A stretch of 64,000 nt of DNA from Negaprion brevirostris (GCA_030324005.1 JARDVH010000140.1:29522268-29586267); one strand, 5' to 3'; shown: positions 1 through 11,165, counted from the stretch's first letter. The notes: generated by a model from the letters alone, not told the origin. A program made the numbers and translations.

Positions 1-59
1 GTTCCAGCAAGACAGGCCATTGCCTGCTATGGCAGGAACCCCTATTCAACAAGCCCCAC

Positions 60-850
60 AGGCAGATCAATTAGAAATTCCCCATGGAACTCATGGGGGT
101 TATCACACCCAGTTTAAGGAGCACCCAATAGTCAAATTCCCCTTCCACATGAGGAGCCATGTTTGAGGCATGATAAGATTCCAAACCCAAAAGCAAAGCC
201 ACTCTGCAGCAGTTGAAGAAGGCAGCTCACCACCACCTTCTGCAGGACAATTAGGGATGGGCAATAAATGCTGGCCTAGCCAGTGACATCCATAAATGAA
301 AAATTTAAATAAATTTAAAAATACAAAAAGCCCCCAGTGCTCAGCAAGGAGCATTGGATCAGGAATCCAGCCATATGAATGAAAACTGAGCCCAGCACAT
401 CTCTTGTAGTTAGGCAGAAATATCAAGGTGTATAGGGTGAGGGGGCTTCATTTACCAACAGTGTGGGGAGAGGGTTGGATGGGGTGAGTTTACATCAGCA
501 TCAGTGATGAGCTGTGAGGCTAGTTTGCTGTCCACTGGGGGAGGGGTTGCTGTTGGCCACATTTCCCTGGAAACTGTGCACTGCAATGCTGGGAAATTCC
601 CATTTGAAGCGCAAGCTCAGCTGCTTGATTCATTGGCTTGAAATTTGCTGGCTGTTGTGGCAGACTCCTAACTCTTGCCGGAGGGGAGGGCCAACACTTG
701 CCAGGATGGAGGTACCTTGGATTTTCCTGTGGCTTTTGGGGTTGAAACGTTATCATCTCTCAAACATAGCTGCTTATATGGAAGGCAATCTTGGCTAATT
801 GGAGCTCCATAAATTGGGAATCCCCATTTCCCAGGCTCCAGTGGAGTTTG
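60..850. mobile_element. Old foldback/long-TIR non-autonomous element (degenerate palindrome)
   Basis: 108-202 (cccagtttaaggagcacccaatagtcaaattccccttccacatgaggagccatgtttgaggcatgataagattccaaacccaaaag..gccac) is an imperfect reverse complement of 729-818. 365-392 also matches the reverse complement of 612-642. Confidence 0.6.
203..305 (+). mobile_element. 3' UTR tail of the CR1-group LINE family seen at 53.8-56.6 kb
   Basis: ctgcagcagttgaagaaggcagctcaccaccaccttc..ttagggatgggcaataaatgctggcctagccag matches 56472-56570 and 61998-62100. Confidence 0.85.
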
Positions 851-1454
851 GTGTAAGGTTGGAGAAGAGTACATCAATGAGATAAAGTTGTGTGGGTCAC
901 TGAATGTGTCTAAATACTAAACTGAGATTGGCAGCTGAGTTTTTCAGCAGGCTTTGATCCAGAATAAGGCATGGAAATGTGGCTCATGATTTTTCCAAAG
1001 CCTCAACGTCTTCTCTTCTGGAGCATTTGTAGGCTGCAGTGTAGTCAGACACTTCTGTCACAAAATTTGGGAAGCTGTGAGCACCCTTCATCATTACACA
1101 GCTTCCTGTCAGGACCTGTACCTAAGAGTGTCTAAACATTCTTGGTTCATCCTGAAATCTGGTTCTAATCCAGCTCCAACAATTACAATGAGACTTCCTC
1201 TCTCTCTCACTCTCTTTGATTGGGGTAAACTCCTGAAGTGTGTTTTGGACCAGCTGCTTGACTATCTGCCAAGCAGCTAATGTCACATGACCACTTTTTT
1301 TTCACCTTTCTTGGGATCCTGTTGTTTGAATCCTGATCTTTCACCTGGAAGGGTTAAGTTCTAGCCAAGCATTCTGATAAAGCTCTAACTTCACTCATCA
1401 ATGTATGGACCCTTTCTGTAATGAGAATTTTCTTGAACTAATTAGTTTGCTTAG

Positions 1455-1929
1455 GAGAGGGTACAGAAAAGATTTACCAGGATGTTGCCTGGTATGGAGG
1501 GCATTAGCTGTGAGGAGAGGTTGGAGAAACTTGGTTTGTTCTCACTGGAGTGTTGGAGGTTGAGATGAGACCTGATAGAAGTCTACAAGATTATGAGAGG
1601 CCTGGATAGAGTGGATAGTCAGAAGCTTTTTCCCAGGGTGGAAGGGTCAATTACTCGGGAGCATTGGTTTAAGGTGCGAGAGGCAAGTTTTAAAAGAGAT
1701 GTACGAGGCAGATTTTTTACCCTCAGAAGTGTCTGGAACTCGGGGGAGGGAGTGGAAGCGGATACGACAGTGACTTTTAAGGGGCGTCTTGACAAGTACA
1801 TGAATGAGATGGTAATAGAGGGATATGGTCCCTGGAAGGGTAATGGGTTTTAGCTAAGTCAGGCAGCCTGGTTGGTGCAGACTTGGAGGGCTGAAGGGCC
1901 TGTTCCTATGCTGTAACTTTCTTTGTTCT
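1455..1929 (+). mobile_element. CR1 LINE, 5'-truncated (ORF2 C-terminus + 3' UTR)
   Basis: Translates ERVQKRFTRMLPGMEGISCEERLEKLGLFSLE..DLIEVYKIMRGLDRVD..VRGRFFT, and ends ggctgaagggcctgttcctatgctgtaa, typical of CR1 3' ends. Confidence 0.93.
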
Positions 1930-2012
1930 CTGATGAAAGGTTATCAATCTGAAATCTGAATTTTCTGCTGATACTACCTGACCTCCTGAATGTTCCTGGC
2001 TGTTCTTTTGCT
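1930..2012 (+). mobile_element. Penelope-like element terminal segment with hammerhead core
   Basis: CTGATGA(1930-1936)-aAGGTT-atc-AATCT-GAAA(1951-1954), followed by a degenerate gatactacctgacctcctgaatgttcctggc tail resembling 22590-22635. Confidence 0.6.
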
Positions 2013-2021
2013 TAGATCTCA

Positions 2022-2295
2022 TGGGTAGGATTTTTGGGTCGTGGGGTTCCCTGTCCTGCCACCTAATAAATCCCCTCCAATATTGGCAGCCCTGTGGCCA
2101 TTGAACACACCGCAGAGCTTTCATTAGCGGGACATGGGATTTCTGCCTTGCAATTTTCCAGCCATTTACATTGGCGGGGTCTTCCAGTTCTGCCGATGGT
2201 GCACCCCTGCCACAGGTTTCCTGGCACCGGGGGAATGCATTCAATGGGAAACCCCATTGGCAATGGCGGGACTAGAAGATTCTGAAACCGGGCAA
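2022..2295. mobile_element. GC-rich MITE remnant (PIF/Harbinger-like), internally palindromic
   Basis: Starts gggtaggattttt. ggggtcttccagttctgccgat (2176-2197) pairs with atggcgggactagaagattct (2263-2283). Confidence 0.5.
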
Positions 2296-2307
2296 CTGAT
2301 GGCTAAC

Positions 2308-2856
2308 GTTTATCCCTTGACCAATATCAGAAAAACAGATGTTCTGTCCATTATTATGTTGTTTGTGGAGCTTGCTCTGCATGAATTAGCAGCTGTGTTT
2401 CTTACATTACATCAGTTTTTTCATTCATTTGTGGGACATGGGCCTCGCTGGCTGACGAGCATTTACTGCCCACCCTTCATTCCCTGAGGATAATTGAGAG
2501 TCAACCACATTATGTGACTCTGAAGTCACATGTGGGCCAAACAAGGTAAGGACAGGAGATCCCCTTCCCTAAAAGGCATTAGTGAACCAGATGGAATTCT
2601 CCCACAATTGACAATGGTCGTCAGTAGATTCTTAATTCCAGATTTTTTTTATTGAATTCAACTTCCACCATTTGCAGTAGCGGGAATCAAACCTGAGTCC
2701 CCAGAATATTAGCTGAGTTTATGGGTTAATAACCTAGTGATAATACCACTAGGCCATCACCTCCCCTGGAAGTGACTGACTGCACTTCCAATCTTTATTG
2801 GCCCTAACATGCATTGAGACATCCTGTTGCGCTGGAAGATGCTGTATAAATTCCAT
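2308..2856 (+). mobile_element. DeuSINE (SacSINE1/AmnSINE1-like) 3' half, split by a SINE insertion
   Basis: tttatcccttgaccaatatcagaaaaacagat..gtttgtggagcttgctctgcatgaattagcagctgtgtttcttacattaca resumes after 2767 as gtgactgactgcacttc..gctgtataaat, following the Deu-domain/tail order. Confidence 0.7.
2416..2767 (-). mobile_element. tRNA-derived SINE with CR1-group LINE tail (here 'SINE-B')
   Basis: Reverse complement begins ggggaggtgatggcctagtggtattatc (A box), has a B-box-like ggtttgattcc, and ends gtcccacaaatgaatgaaaaaa. Same family as 29152, 34016, 35065, 44225. Confidence 0.88.
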
Positions 2857-3560
2857 GGTTTTTTTATTTTAACCTATTTTCAGCTCTTATACACAGGAAA
2901 ATCTTGATATCATTGCAAAACAGAAGTAAATTGACAGAAACAAGTTGCTTCTTTTGTGTTTGAAAAGCAATCCTCTTTCTGAATCTGGAAAATGATACTC
3001 AGTGGTATCCTTTATGCTTAAATAGACCAGAGCAATAACTTATAAATATTAAATGGTGACAAACAACACTCCTTTTCACCACATTAATCTGTGAAAATGA
3101 GCAAATAAAGCTCTCTGGCTGCTGTTGTTGGATTATATTTGCTGTGTTGCATTGGGGACAAGTCTTGGCATACCGCATTGAATATACAGAGAATGGAGAG
3201 CATTTTGCAAATGATCACCCATTTTCAAGGCTAGAACCCCTGTAATTTGATTTTTATTCCACATCGTTCTCAGCTGCAATGTTAGTTGGCGCTTCTGTTG
3301 TTGACTTAGACTGCAGAGAGCAAAGAAAAATCTGCTGGACACCCAGACTCAGAGTATAGTAGTGTATTGGGCCCCACTATCTTCAGCTGCTTTATCAATG
3401 ATCTTCCGCCCATTATCAGAAGTGGGATGTTCATTGAAGATTCAGCACTATTTGCAATTCCTCAGGTATTGAAGAAGTCCGTGTCCATGTGCAGCAAGCA
3501 AGACATGAACAACACTCAGGTTGTTAAGTGACAAGTGATATTTGTGCTGCACAAGTGCCA

Positions 3561-4068
3561 CACAAACTTACAGAATGCTGAAAAGCCTGGGTAGAGAGGA
3601 CATGGAGAAGATTTCCAATAGGAGAGACTAGAACCCAAGGGCACTGCCCCAGAATAAAGGGACAACCCTTTAGAACTGAAATGAGGAGAAATTTCTTCAG
3701 CCAGAGATTTGATTTGATTTATTATTGTCACATGTGTTAATGTACAGTGAGAAGTATTGTTTCTTGTGCGCTATACAGACAAAGCATACTATACATCGGG
3801 AAGGAAAGGAGAAAGTGCAAAATGTAGTGTTACAGTCATGGATGGTGGTGAATCGGCAGAATTCGTTGCCACAGAAGGCTGTGGAGGCTAGGACATTGAG
3901 TGAATTCAAGACAGAGGTAGATAAGTTCTTGATTGATAAAGGGATCAAAGGTTACAAGGAAGAGGCGAGAGACTGGCATTGAGAAACATATCAGCCATTG
4001 ATCGGATGGTGGAGCAGACTCGATGGGCTAAATGGCCTCATTCTGCTCCTTTATTTTATGGTCCTATG
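3561..4068 (+). mobile_element. CR1 LINE 3' end nested in the LINE above
   Basis: FRTEMRRNFFSQR..VVNRQNSLPQKAVEARTLSEFKTEVDKFLIDKGIKGY. 3' UTR ends gatgggctaaatggcctcattctgctcct. Possible TSD tgcca/tgcta. Confidence 0.9.
3708..3843 (-). mobile_element. Rex1/Babar-type LINE 3' UTR fragment nested in CR1
   Basis: Near-identical to 22271-22395. Minus strand ends acatgtgacaataataaatcaaatcaaa. Splits the CR1 sequence ttcagccagag|ggtggtgaat. Confidence 0.8.
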
Positions 4069-5869
4069 CTAGGCAATGACCATTTCCAACAAGAGGCAAT
4101 GTAACTAAATTCTCTTGACATTCAATGGTATTACCACTGCTGAATCCCCTACTACCAACATCCTGATGGGGTGACCAAAATCCTAACATATAAATATTGT
4201 GTTGACCAATGCAGGTCAGAGATTCTGTAGCAGGTAACTCGCTTCTTAATCCCCATTTATAAACATAACTCAGGGGTGTGATAGAATGCTTTTCACTTGT
4301 CTGGATGAGTGCAGCTTCAACAAAATCCAAAGCTTGACATCATTCTGAATAAAGCAACCCACTTGATCAGCACCCCCACACACTTCAATCATTCACTCCC
4401 TCCACCACCGATACACGGTGGCAGCAACGTGTGTAATGTACATGATGCTCTGCAGCAATTCACCAAGACAGCATCTTTGAATCCTGCTATCCGTACCGTC
4501 CATAAGGACAAGCATAGCAGATGCATGGGAAACCACCATATACAATTTCCCTTCCAAATTGCACACCATCCCAACTTGGGGAAAATATTGCCATCCTTTA
4601 TGGTTGCTGGGTCAACATCCGGGACTCCCTCCCTAACCACACTGTACATGCAGCTAAACCATGTGCAGCAGTTCCAGTCGATGTGTCACAAACACTATCT
4701 CACATACAGTTAGGGATAGATAATGAATGCTGGACTCACCAGCGAAGCCCACAATGGTGCTTTTAAATCAGGAAAAAATTTTTAAAAATGATTAGTGGCT
4801 TCCCCCATTTGCATACATGCATCTATCTCATCAGGCTGTCAGGGGACAATCTGTGCTATTGATCCATGCCCTTGAGGAAATGGATTGAAACTGCTCAAAC
4901 CATTATGGCAGACAGATAAAGGCGACACTTAATATTAATCTTAGAATTGAATCCAAATTCCAAAGCTGAAGAATTAGCATCTGACCCATCAAACTAGCTA
5001 GTTCCCTATTTATCACCTTTAAAAAAAAGTTTGTTTAAGAATCAGGCACCCGATAAACAGTTCTTTAAAGCCTGCTTCCCACGCTGAGTTATATAAATGG
5101 GAATTTGAAGAATGTTTACAATATGCGATAACCCCTGAAACACTCACAAATTGTGACGACACACGGTCTCAGAATATGGTGTGGGCTAGTCTGTTAAATT
5201 CCACAAAGTGAAATCAGAGTTTTGAAATAAATTGTGCTGGATTTTTAAAAATAAATTTATATTTTAATTCTTAAGGAGTGTTGAATATAGAGAAAATGTT
5301 GCTTTAAGAGAAGGAAAAGTATTCGCTCCATTAATTTTTGTCCCTGATACTTGGTACTTAAATGTAATTCTTCCCCTATCAATTTGTTCAGGTGTTGATT
5401 TGATCTGAATCTCGGTATATGTATTTGTAGATAGGGCACTATTACTAAACACTGTGCTATGGAGGGAGGGAGTAGCTGTATATTATTTTTTGATTCAATA
5501 ATAGATAATAATAATTGCATTTTCATCAGTTAACCTCGTCCTCATTCATTTGCCCAGGTGTAACAGTCTGCCTTCCCGTGTCTATTTATCTCTGTCGTTT
5601 ACTGGGACGGTGGAGCTGTGCATCATGCGGTGTGACAAGGTTGATTGCAGTGGCTGAGTGATGTATCTCGCAGTTTACAGGAGAATGAAATAAATCAAAA
5701 AACATTAAGTGGGACAGCCCTGCGGCTCAGATGGTTAGCGCGCCAATGTGCGGATCCGGGGGAGGGAGAGAATCCGGTTTGTCCCCGAGAGTCTCGACAT
5801 GGTGAGTTTGCGATACGTCTGGGAGCTGTTGGCAATGATGGGAAATTAAATCATCAGCCTTGCGTGTAA

Positions 5870-6200
5870 ATCTCCTGTTGGCCGTTTCACAGCCATCCCA
5901 GGGCCTGAGAGCACATCATTATCTGATGTAAGGTGAGGTTTGACGCCGCTGCCATTACTGGTAGACTATTAGAGGATGAGTGGGATCATGGTTGATCCTG
6001 TCCTTTAACCGATAACACATGCATATACGTTTGAGCATGAGTTGCTCGACAGCAGTCAGGAGTGGAGAGATTGGCTGAGGCCGTTATACTGCAACAACCA
6101 TTACCCCTGCTGACAAACCACTTGTCTCAGGCTGGGCATTGGAGCCAGGAACTTAATTATCTGCTTTTCTCAGTTCCATTGTGGATAACTTAGCCATTCA
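5870..6200 (-). mobile_element. Old, diverged tRNA-derived SINE remnant
   Basis: Motifs gatcctgtcct, tcaggagtgg..tggctga, tgaggcc and ctcagttcca..tagccat in the order of a shark SINE family as I recall it. Weaker relatives near 8050-8150 and 39720-39830. Confidence 0.4.
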
Positions 6201-6459
6201 AAAAGACACGCTTTGGTTATGTGGTGGAGAGAAGATGACATTTTTAATCAGAAATCCCATAGAAATTTATCCTGAAAATGATTAGAAGACTTGCTATTCA
6301 GATTTCTAAGTGTGCTCTTGGTTCAGATAGTTGTTTAAATTTAATAGAAAGTGGTCACTAAATCACAGATTTTGATTGCAGTCCTTGGCTGCCAAATTTT
6401 TTAATTAACCTTCACAGGTCTCATACCAGAAATTGGTGAAATTCAAAAAAAAAGTTGGC

Positions 6460-6680
6460 GGGTGGAATTTTTCACTCTGTGTGGACAGTACTGGCAGAGG
6501 TGGGAAATCTGGCATGTAGGTCTCCAGCAACACTGCTGAGTTTCCTCTCCAGATACTCTGGAACTTTGTGAAGAAACATTCACACACATGCAAACACATA
6601 CATACACATGCACAAGCACATGCATGCATGCGCACACACAGACATGTACAGATAGACATGCACACACTCTCACACTCACA

Positions 6681-6741
<61 letters not shown>

Positions 6742-7016
6742 CCCCCTCACAGATAAGCAAATCTTCCCATGTATAGGGTGACCCACCACACACATGAGCA
6801 CCAGGGTAACCCTTGCCTGACAGAAACAAACACCAGGCCAACTCCCTTCTCAACATAAGTACGGGGGCAACCCGCACATGAGCATCAGGGAAACGTCCAC
6901 CCCATCATGAGCATCAGGGCACATCCCACACACCCACACTCATTTTCCAAATGTTGGGAAACTGTGCGTCCATGGTGTCGTTTGCACCCACAGCGAATGC
7001 GGGTGCAAAATTGCCC
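6460..7016. mobile_element. MITE-like element with short TIRs carrying a CA microsatellite
   Basis: Ends gggtggaattttt / aaaattgccc. Subterminal hairpin tttgcaccc..gggtgcaaa (6981-7009). Three copies of catgagca(c/t)caggg at ~6793, 6877, 6906. Confidence 0.45.
6581..6740. repeat. (CA)n microsatellite
   Basis: Perfect (CA)26 at 6689-6740 preceded by a degenerate CA/CATG-rich tract. Confidence 0.98.
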
Positions 7017-7687
7017 GTGGCATTTTTAACTGGAGGAAAAGCAGCTGACAAACTGCCTGTGAACAAGTAAGGATTTGTCCAGTTTTGCTGACTGGGTTGT
7101 TGATGGTTGAGGAAAAAAAGTCAAAATTATTGACTGCATATAAATACGGACACTGTAAAGTTCACATTTCCTTCAGTTCAGCCAGGCTGGGCAGAATCAA
7201 TCAGCCCATCAATAAGAAATGGGTGGGTTTAAAGAGAGGATGCCTCTTGAGGTTTTATTTAAAAAAACACATGAATGAGAGTTGGGTAAGTTTATATTTT
7301 TCTGCATATTTTTCTGCTCAGCAAAATCACTGTAATGCTGCTTTGCAGTATTTTTTAGCAGGCTCTTCAAATATTCACTACTGGAGGAAAAAAAATGATA
7401 TTTAAAAATTGTTTCACAAGGTTACTGAAGCTTCCCTCAGGAAAAATATAACCCCGCTGATCTACATGAGAGCTTTTGGACTGCTTAGAAGCTGTCTTAA
7501 AAAGGAAGATACTGTGATACAAACTTTTATGTCATTCATGAACTTCAACATCAGAAGTACCAGTTGTGTTGGCGAGGTGCGTAAGGCCTTTAGCTGTGTC
7601 AGTGCTAACCGTTCGTAGTCAGTTTGCTTGCCTTGCCCTTTTCCTCCTTTTTCAGGCTTGGAAGCATTAACTCTTGCTAGGTGCCAG

Positions 7688-7990
7688 GTTTAAAGTTTAT
7701 TTCATTAGTGTCACAAGTATGCTTACATTAACACTGCAATGAAGTTACTGTGTAAATCCCCGAGTGGCCACACTCCGGTATCTGTTCAGGTATACTGAGG
7801 GAAAATTTAGCACGGCCAATGTGCCTAACAGCATGCCTTTTGGACTGTGGGAGGAAACCAGAGCACCTGGAGGAAACCCATGTAGACAAGGGGAGAACGT
7901 ACACAGACCGCATAGACAGTGACCTAAGCTGGGAATTGAACCCGATTCCCTGGTACTGAGAGGCAGCAGTGCTAAACACTGTGCCAATGC
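7688..7990 (-). mobile_element. HE1-like V-SINE, tail type A
   Basis: Reverse complement: tggcacagtgtttagcactgctgcctc..gggttcaattcc head, V-core tgggtttcctccaggtgctctggtttcctcccacagtccaaa, tail ..cagtaacttcattgcagtgttaatgtaagcatacttgtgacactaat. Confidence 0.92.
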
Positions 7991-8280
7991 GTTGTCCTAT
8001 GTTGTGCTTCAGTCCCTTGCTAGGATTCAGGTGATGAAAGTTGGCATGCTATGTGACAATGGTTACGTCACAAATGAGCCCAATTCCATTTTTGGGTAAT
8101 GCTTCTACATGCATTATCCAATAGGGATCACTGGATGACAATCAGAATTGTTCCCACGACGTTGGGGGTGCCGTGCCCGTTACATCAGCTGGTATGTTAC
8201 CAATGACTGAGGTGATAGTAGTCATCCCACCTGACCTTGGGCCAGTTGAGGCATTTAAGTTGTGTAACAATCCCAGTTGC

Positions 8281-9167
8281 TGTTAATACTGGACAAATCA
8301 GATCCCAAGGTGAAACCTGGCTTGAGGGATCCTAACATTTCTTTCAGAAACCTTGGACAAATTCACAAGAGTCTGATGATGAGCTCACAATTCAAAGAAG
8401 AAAACATTTATAAAAACAAGAGAAGTGAACTGTATTACACACATACTAGACATAAATGTTGGCAAGATCTCACAACAAATACAAGAAGACAATTCAAATT
8501 CTCACTATTCCTTTACCCCAGCAACAACTTTACAGGCACACAAACCAGTGAAAAGTTACCTCTCGCTTGACACATAGGTTCCTTGCTTGGAACTGGCACA
8601 GTTGCAAACAGTTTTCTTTCAATGAGTTCTTGGGCATTCACTTGATGCTTCTCCACAACTCATCTCTCTCCGTGAAACACCCACAAACTGCACTCTAAAC
8701 TCACTGTATCTTCAACTACGGAGAAAGCNNNNNNNNNNAAACTGAAAGCTTTACTGAGTTGCATAACTGATTATTCCGTTAACTACTGTCCCACTAACCT
8801 TGCAGTTTTTCTTCTCAGAGAGCTTAAAATCCCTGTTTTCCCACACTGACACAGTGAACTCCACTCTCTCCACTACTGTCTTATCTGTGTCTGTGTTACT
8901 GGATCACATTTGCAAGGCTAGAGTAACGTTTTTCTCCTTTTGTTCAGAGTCACTGAATGTCCAACCCCTTTGAACCTATCTCTTTAACTTCAGAGATAAT
9001 AAGACCTCATTCAAAATGGAAGTCTACAAACAAACTTAGAAGACCCGAAACCTTTTAGTCACAGTTCTATCAGAGTCTCGAACATCATGGTTCATAAACA
9101 AAACCTGAATGAAAGTAAAACCATTCCCCCATTTTTAAATTCAACATAAAATTATATGTTCATAGCA
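8281..9167. mobile_element. Probable solo LTR (~890 bp)
   Basis: Begins TGTTAAT and ends TTCATAGCA (TG..CA), with an imperfect 5-bp flank pair gttgc/atcgc. It interrupts an older GC-rich element (gcatttaagt..|..cacttaat). Confidence 0.5.
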
Positions 9168-9879
9168 ATCGCCACTTAATAATCTATTAAGAACTTCTGC
9201 CCACCCTTCATGGTGAGACCTCCAGGTATACCTTGGCAGACTAATTAGGGGTAGTCTCCCTGGTTGAGCACCCTGTGACCACAGAGGAACATACTGTCGA
9301 AAGAATCATCCCTCTTGAAATCCCTCTTGGTGATTTGCTCACTTTTCTTCCTCTCCTCAACCTTGGCACCAGAGAATGCACCCTAATTATTTTTACTCCA
9401 GGCCTCCTGCACTGCTCCTGTTCCCCAAAGTGGCAGCCATGCTTAGTGGCATTGTTGGGTCTGGAGAACTGCTAGCCCTCTGATTGCTCAACAGCGCTTG
9501 GAGGGGGATGTCCTTCCCTGCAGCAGCAAGTGTTTAGGTGCAAAGCCACAACCACAATAACTAGTCATTTGAGGACCATTAAGTTTGGTTGTGGCTTCCA
9601 GAGTTGGCAAAGGAAGGGTCATCTCTGACTCTACAAGCTATTGGTAGGGGACACCATCACTGTGTTAAATCTGGGCCTTCGAGGCAGCCCTCAGTGCATC
9701 AAATGCTGAGGTTGATATAAAATGCTATACAACAATAATTGAACTTAGTTTATAAGTTTTAGTGCGACATTGTTTATTCATTGAACCATTGGGGAAGCTT
9801 TGTGTATCCTGTTTATACTGCAGTTCTTTTTATTACTGCGTTATTGTCATAAAATATTCCTCCTCGCTTAAGAATTGTG

Positions 9880-10082
9880 ATACGTCTTCTTGCACCTGTC
9901 GCTCAAGAGATTCTGGATGCTGGGTCAACTGAATTTTCAGGACTGAGATAGGCAGAGTGTTGTTAGTTAAGGGCATTGAAAGAGATGGAGCAAGAGACCT
10001 ATGCATGCAGCTGAAGCACAGATTAAGCATGGTCTAATTGAATCATGGATCAGGTTTGAAGGGCTGAATGGCCTGCTGCTGT
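9880..10082 (+). mobile_element. Degenerate CR1 3' end
   Basis: gactgagataggcagagtgttgttagttaagggcatt..tttgaagggctgaatggcctgctgctgt. Confidence 0.75.
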
Positions 10083-10349
10083 AACACACCAGGAGCATGA
10101 CATTAATATGAATGTGTTTTCAAAATGAAATTCTACCTCAAGTCAGTGTCTTCTCCGAATGCAAAAAGACCAACCCCAATCAAACTGCAATTCATCTGTT
10201 GCTGAATGATCCTTTGTACTCAGAGTCTTTGACCTACTCTAATACGTGACACCACATGTGACTTTTTTTTAATATGTGTGATGCTGCTAAGAAAAACAAT
10301 AAAAACTTAAAGGAATATGGCATTCTGCAGCACTTCACGAAGTTTCAAT

Positions 10350-11165
10350 CAGGCAAAAAAAATGAATGGCAGGCTATGAAGGTGGGATTTAGTTGGGGCG
10401 TAGTTACTGATATTCCTGAGGAGGGATGGCCAGGCGGAGCGACTTAAGGAGAGAATTTCAAGCATGGGGTTTGGTTGACTAATAGCATGGTTGTCAGTAA
10501 TGGAGCTAGAGGGGAGATACACAGACGTCAATGATTAGTGACAAGAAAAGCTCTGTATGGAGCTGTAGAACTGGAGGTGGTTCCTGACAGCTGGAGCGGT
10601 ACTGCTCTGAAAAGAGTAGGAGATGGTCTTTGTGAGGGTATGGAATTGGAAGTTTCGCTCAGGGTTCAGTAGGATACAGAGATTGTGAGCAAGTGGTTAA
10701 GCCTCTTTTTATCTCTTGGGGTGGAAGCAACTGCTTTGATCTTCCCAATATTTAACTGGAGTAAGTTCCATTACTAGATGGACATTAGACAAACAGCTTG
10801 ACAACAACAGAACAGTGGGGCGACCAGAATGGATTGTGGGCTGTTGGACCTGGATTTCACCAGCCTAGATATTGAAGGTATCCAATACCTTTGGTGATGA
10901 TGCTTTCAAGTGGAAGTACATGAATGAGGAGGAGTCCAAAATAAGTGCTTAGGAAACTGAAGTCATGGTGTGAGAATAGGCAGCGAAGACCTTTATGGGT
11001 GCCTATGATTGGATAGATTGGATTAGGGTGATTCTAAGCAGGGGGCAATCCAATTGAGCTGGGCAGTGGCATGGAGGTATTACAGGAGGATAATGTGGTC
11101 AGCCTGCCCAAAGGCTGTACAGCAAGCTTGCATTTGACCATCATTGCCTTGTTCCAACCAAGTAA
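10350..11165 (-). mobile_element. L2 LINE fragment (RT region), highly decayed
   Basis: The minus strand of gctttgatcttcccaatatttaactggagtaagttcc..tggacattagacaaacag reads CLSNV..NLLQLNIGKIKA, the L2 post-YADD motif. Confidence 0.7.

Larger units (their letters stand above)
3358..4760 (+). mobile_element. CR1-group LINE RT region to 3' UTR, interrupted at 3561-4068
   Basis: SVLGPTIFSCFINDLP-type motif at 3361-3410. The halves aagtgcca|ggcaatgaccatttccaac rejoin to match 55880-55906, and the segment ends with the family 3' tail near 4700-4750. Confidence 0.85.

Noticed and set aside
6405-6877. Cys/Val- and His/Thr-rich ORFs
   Set aside because: Translations of the (CA)n microsatellite.
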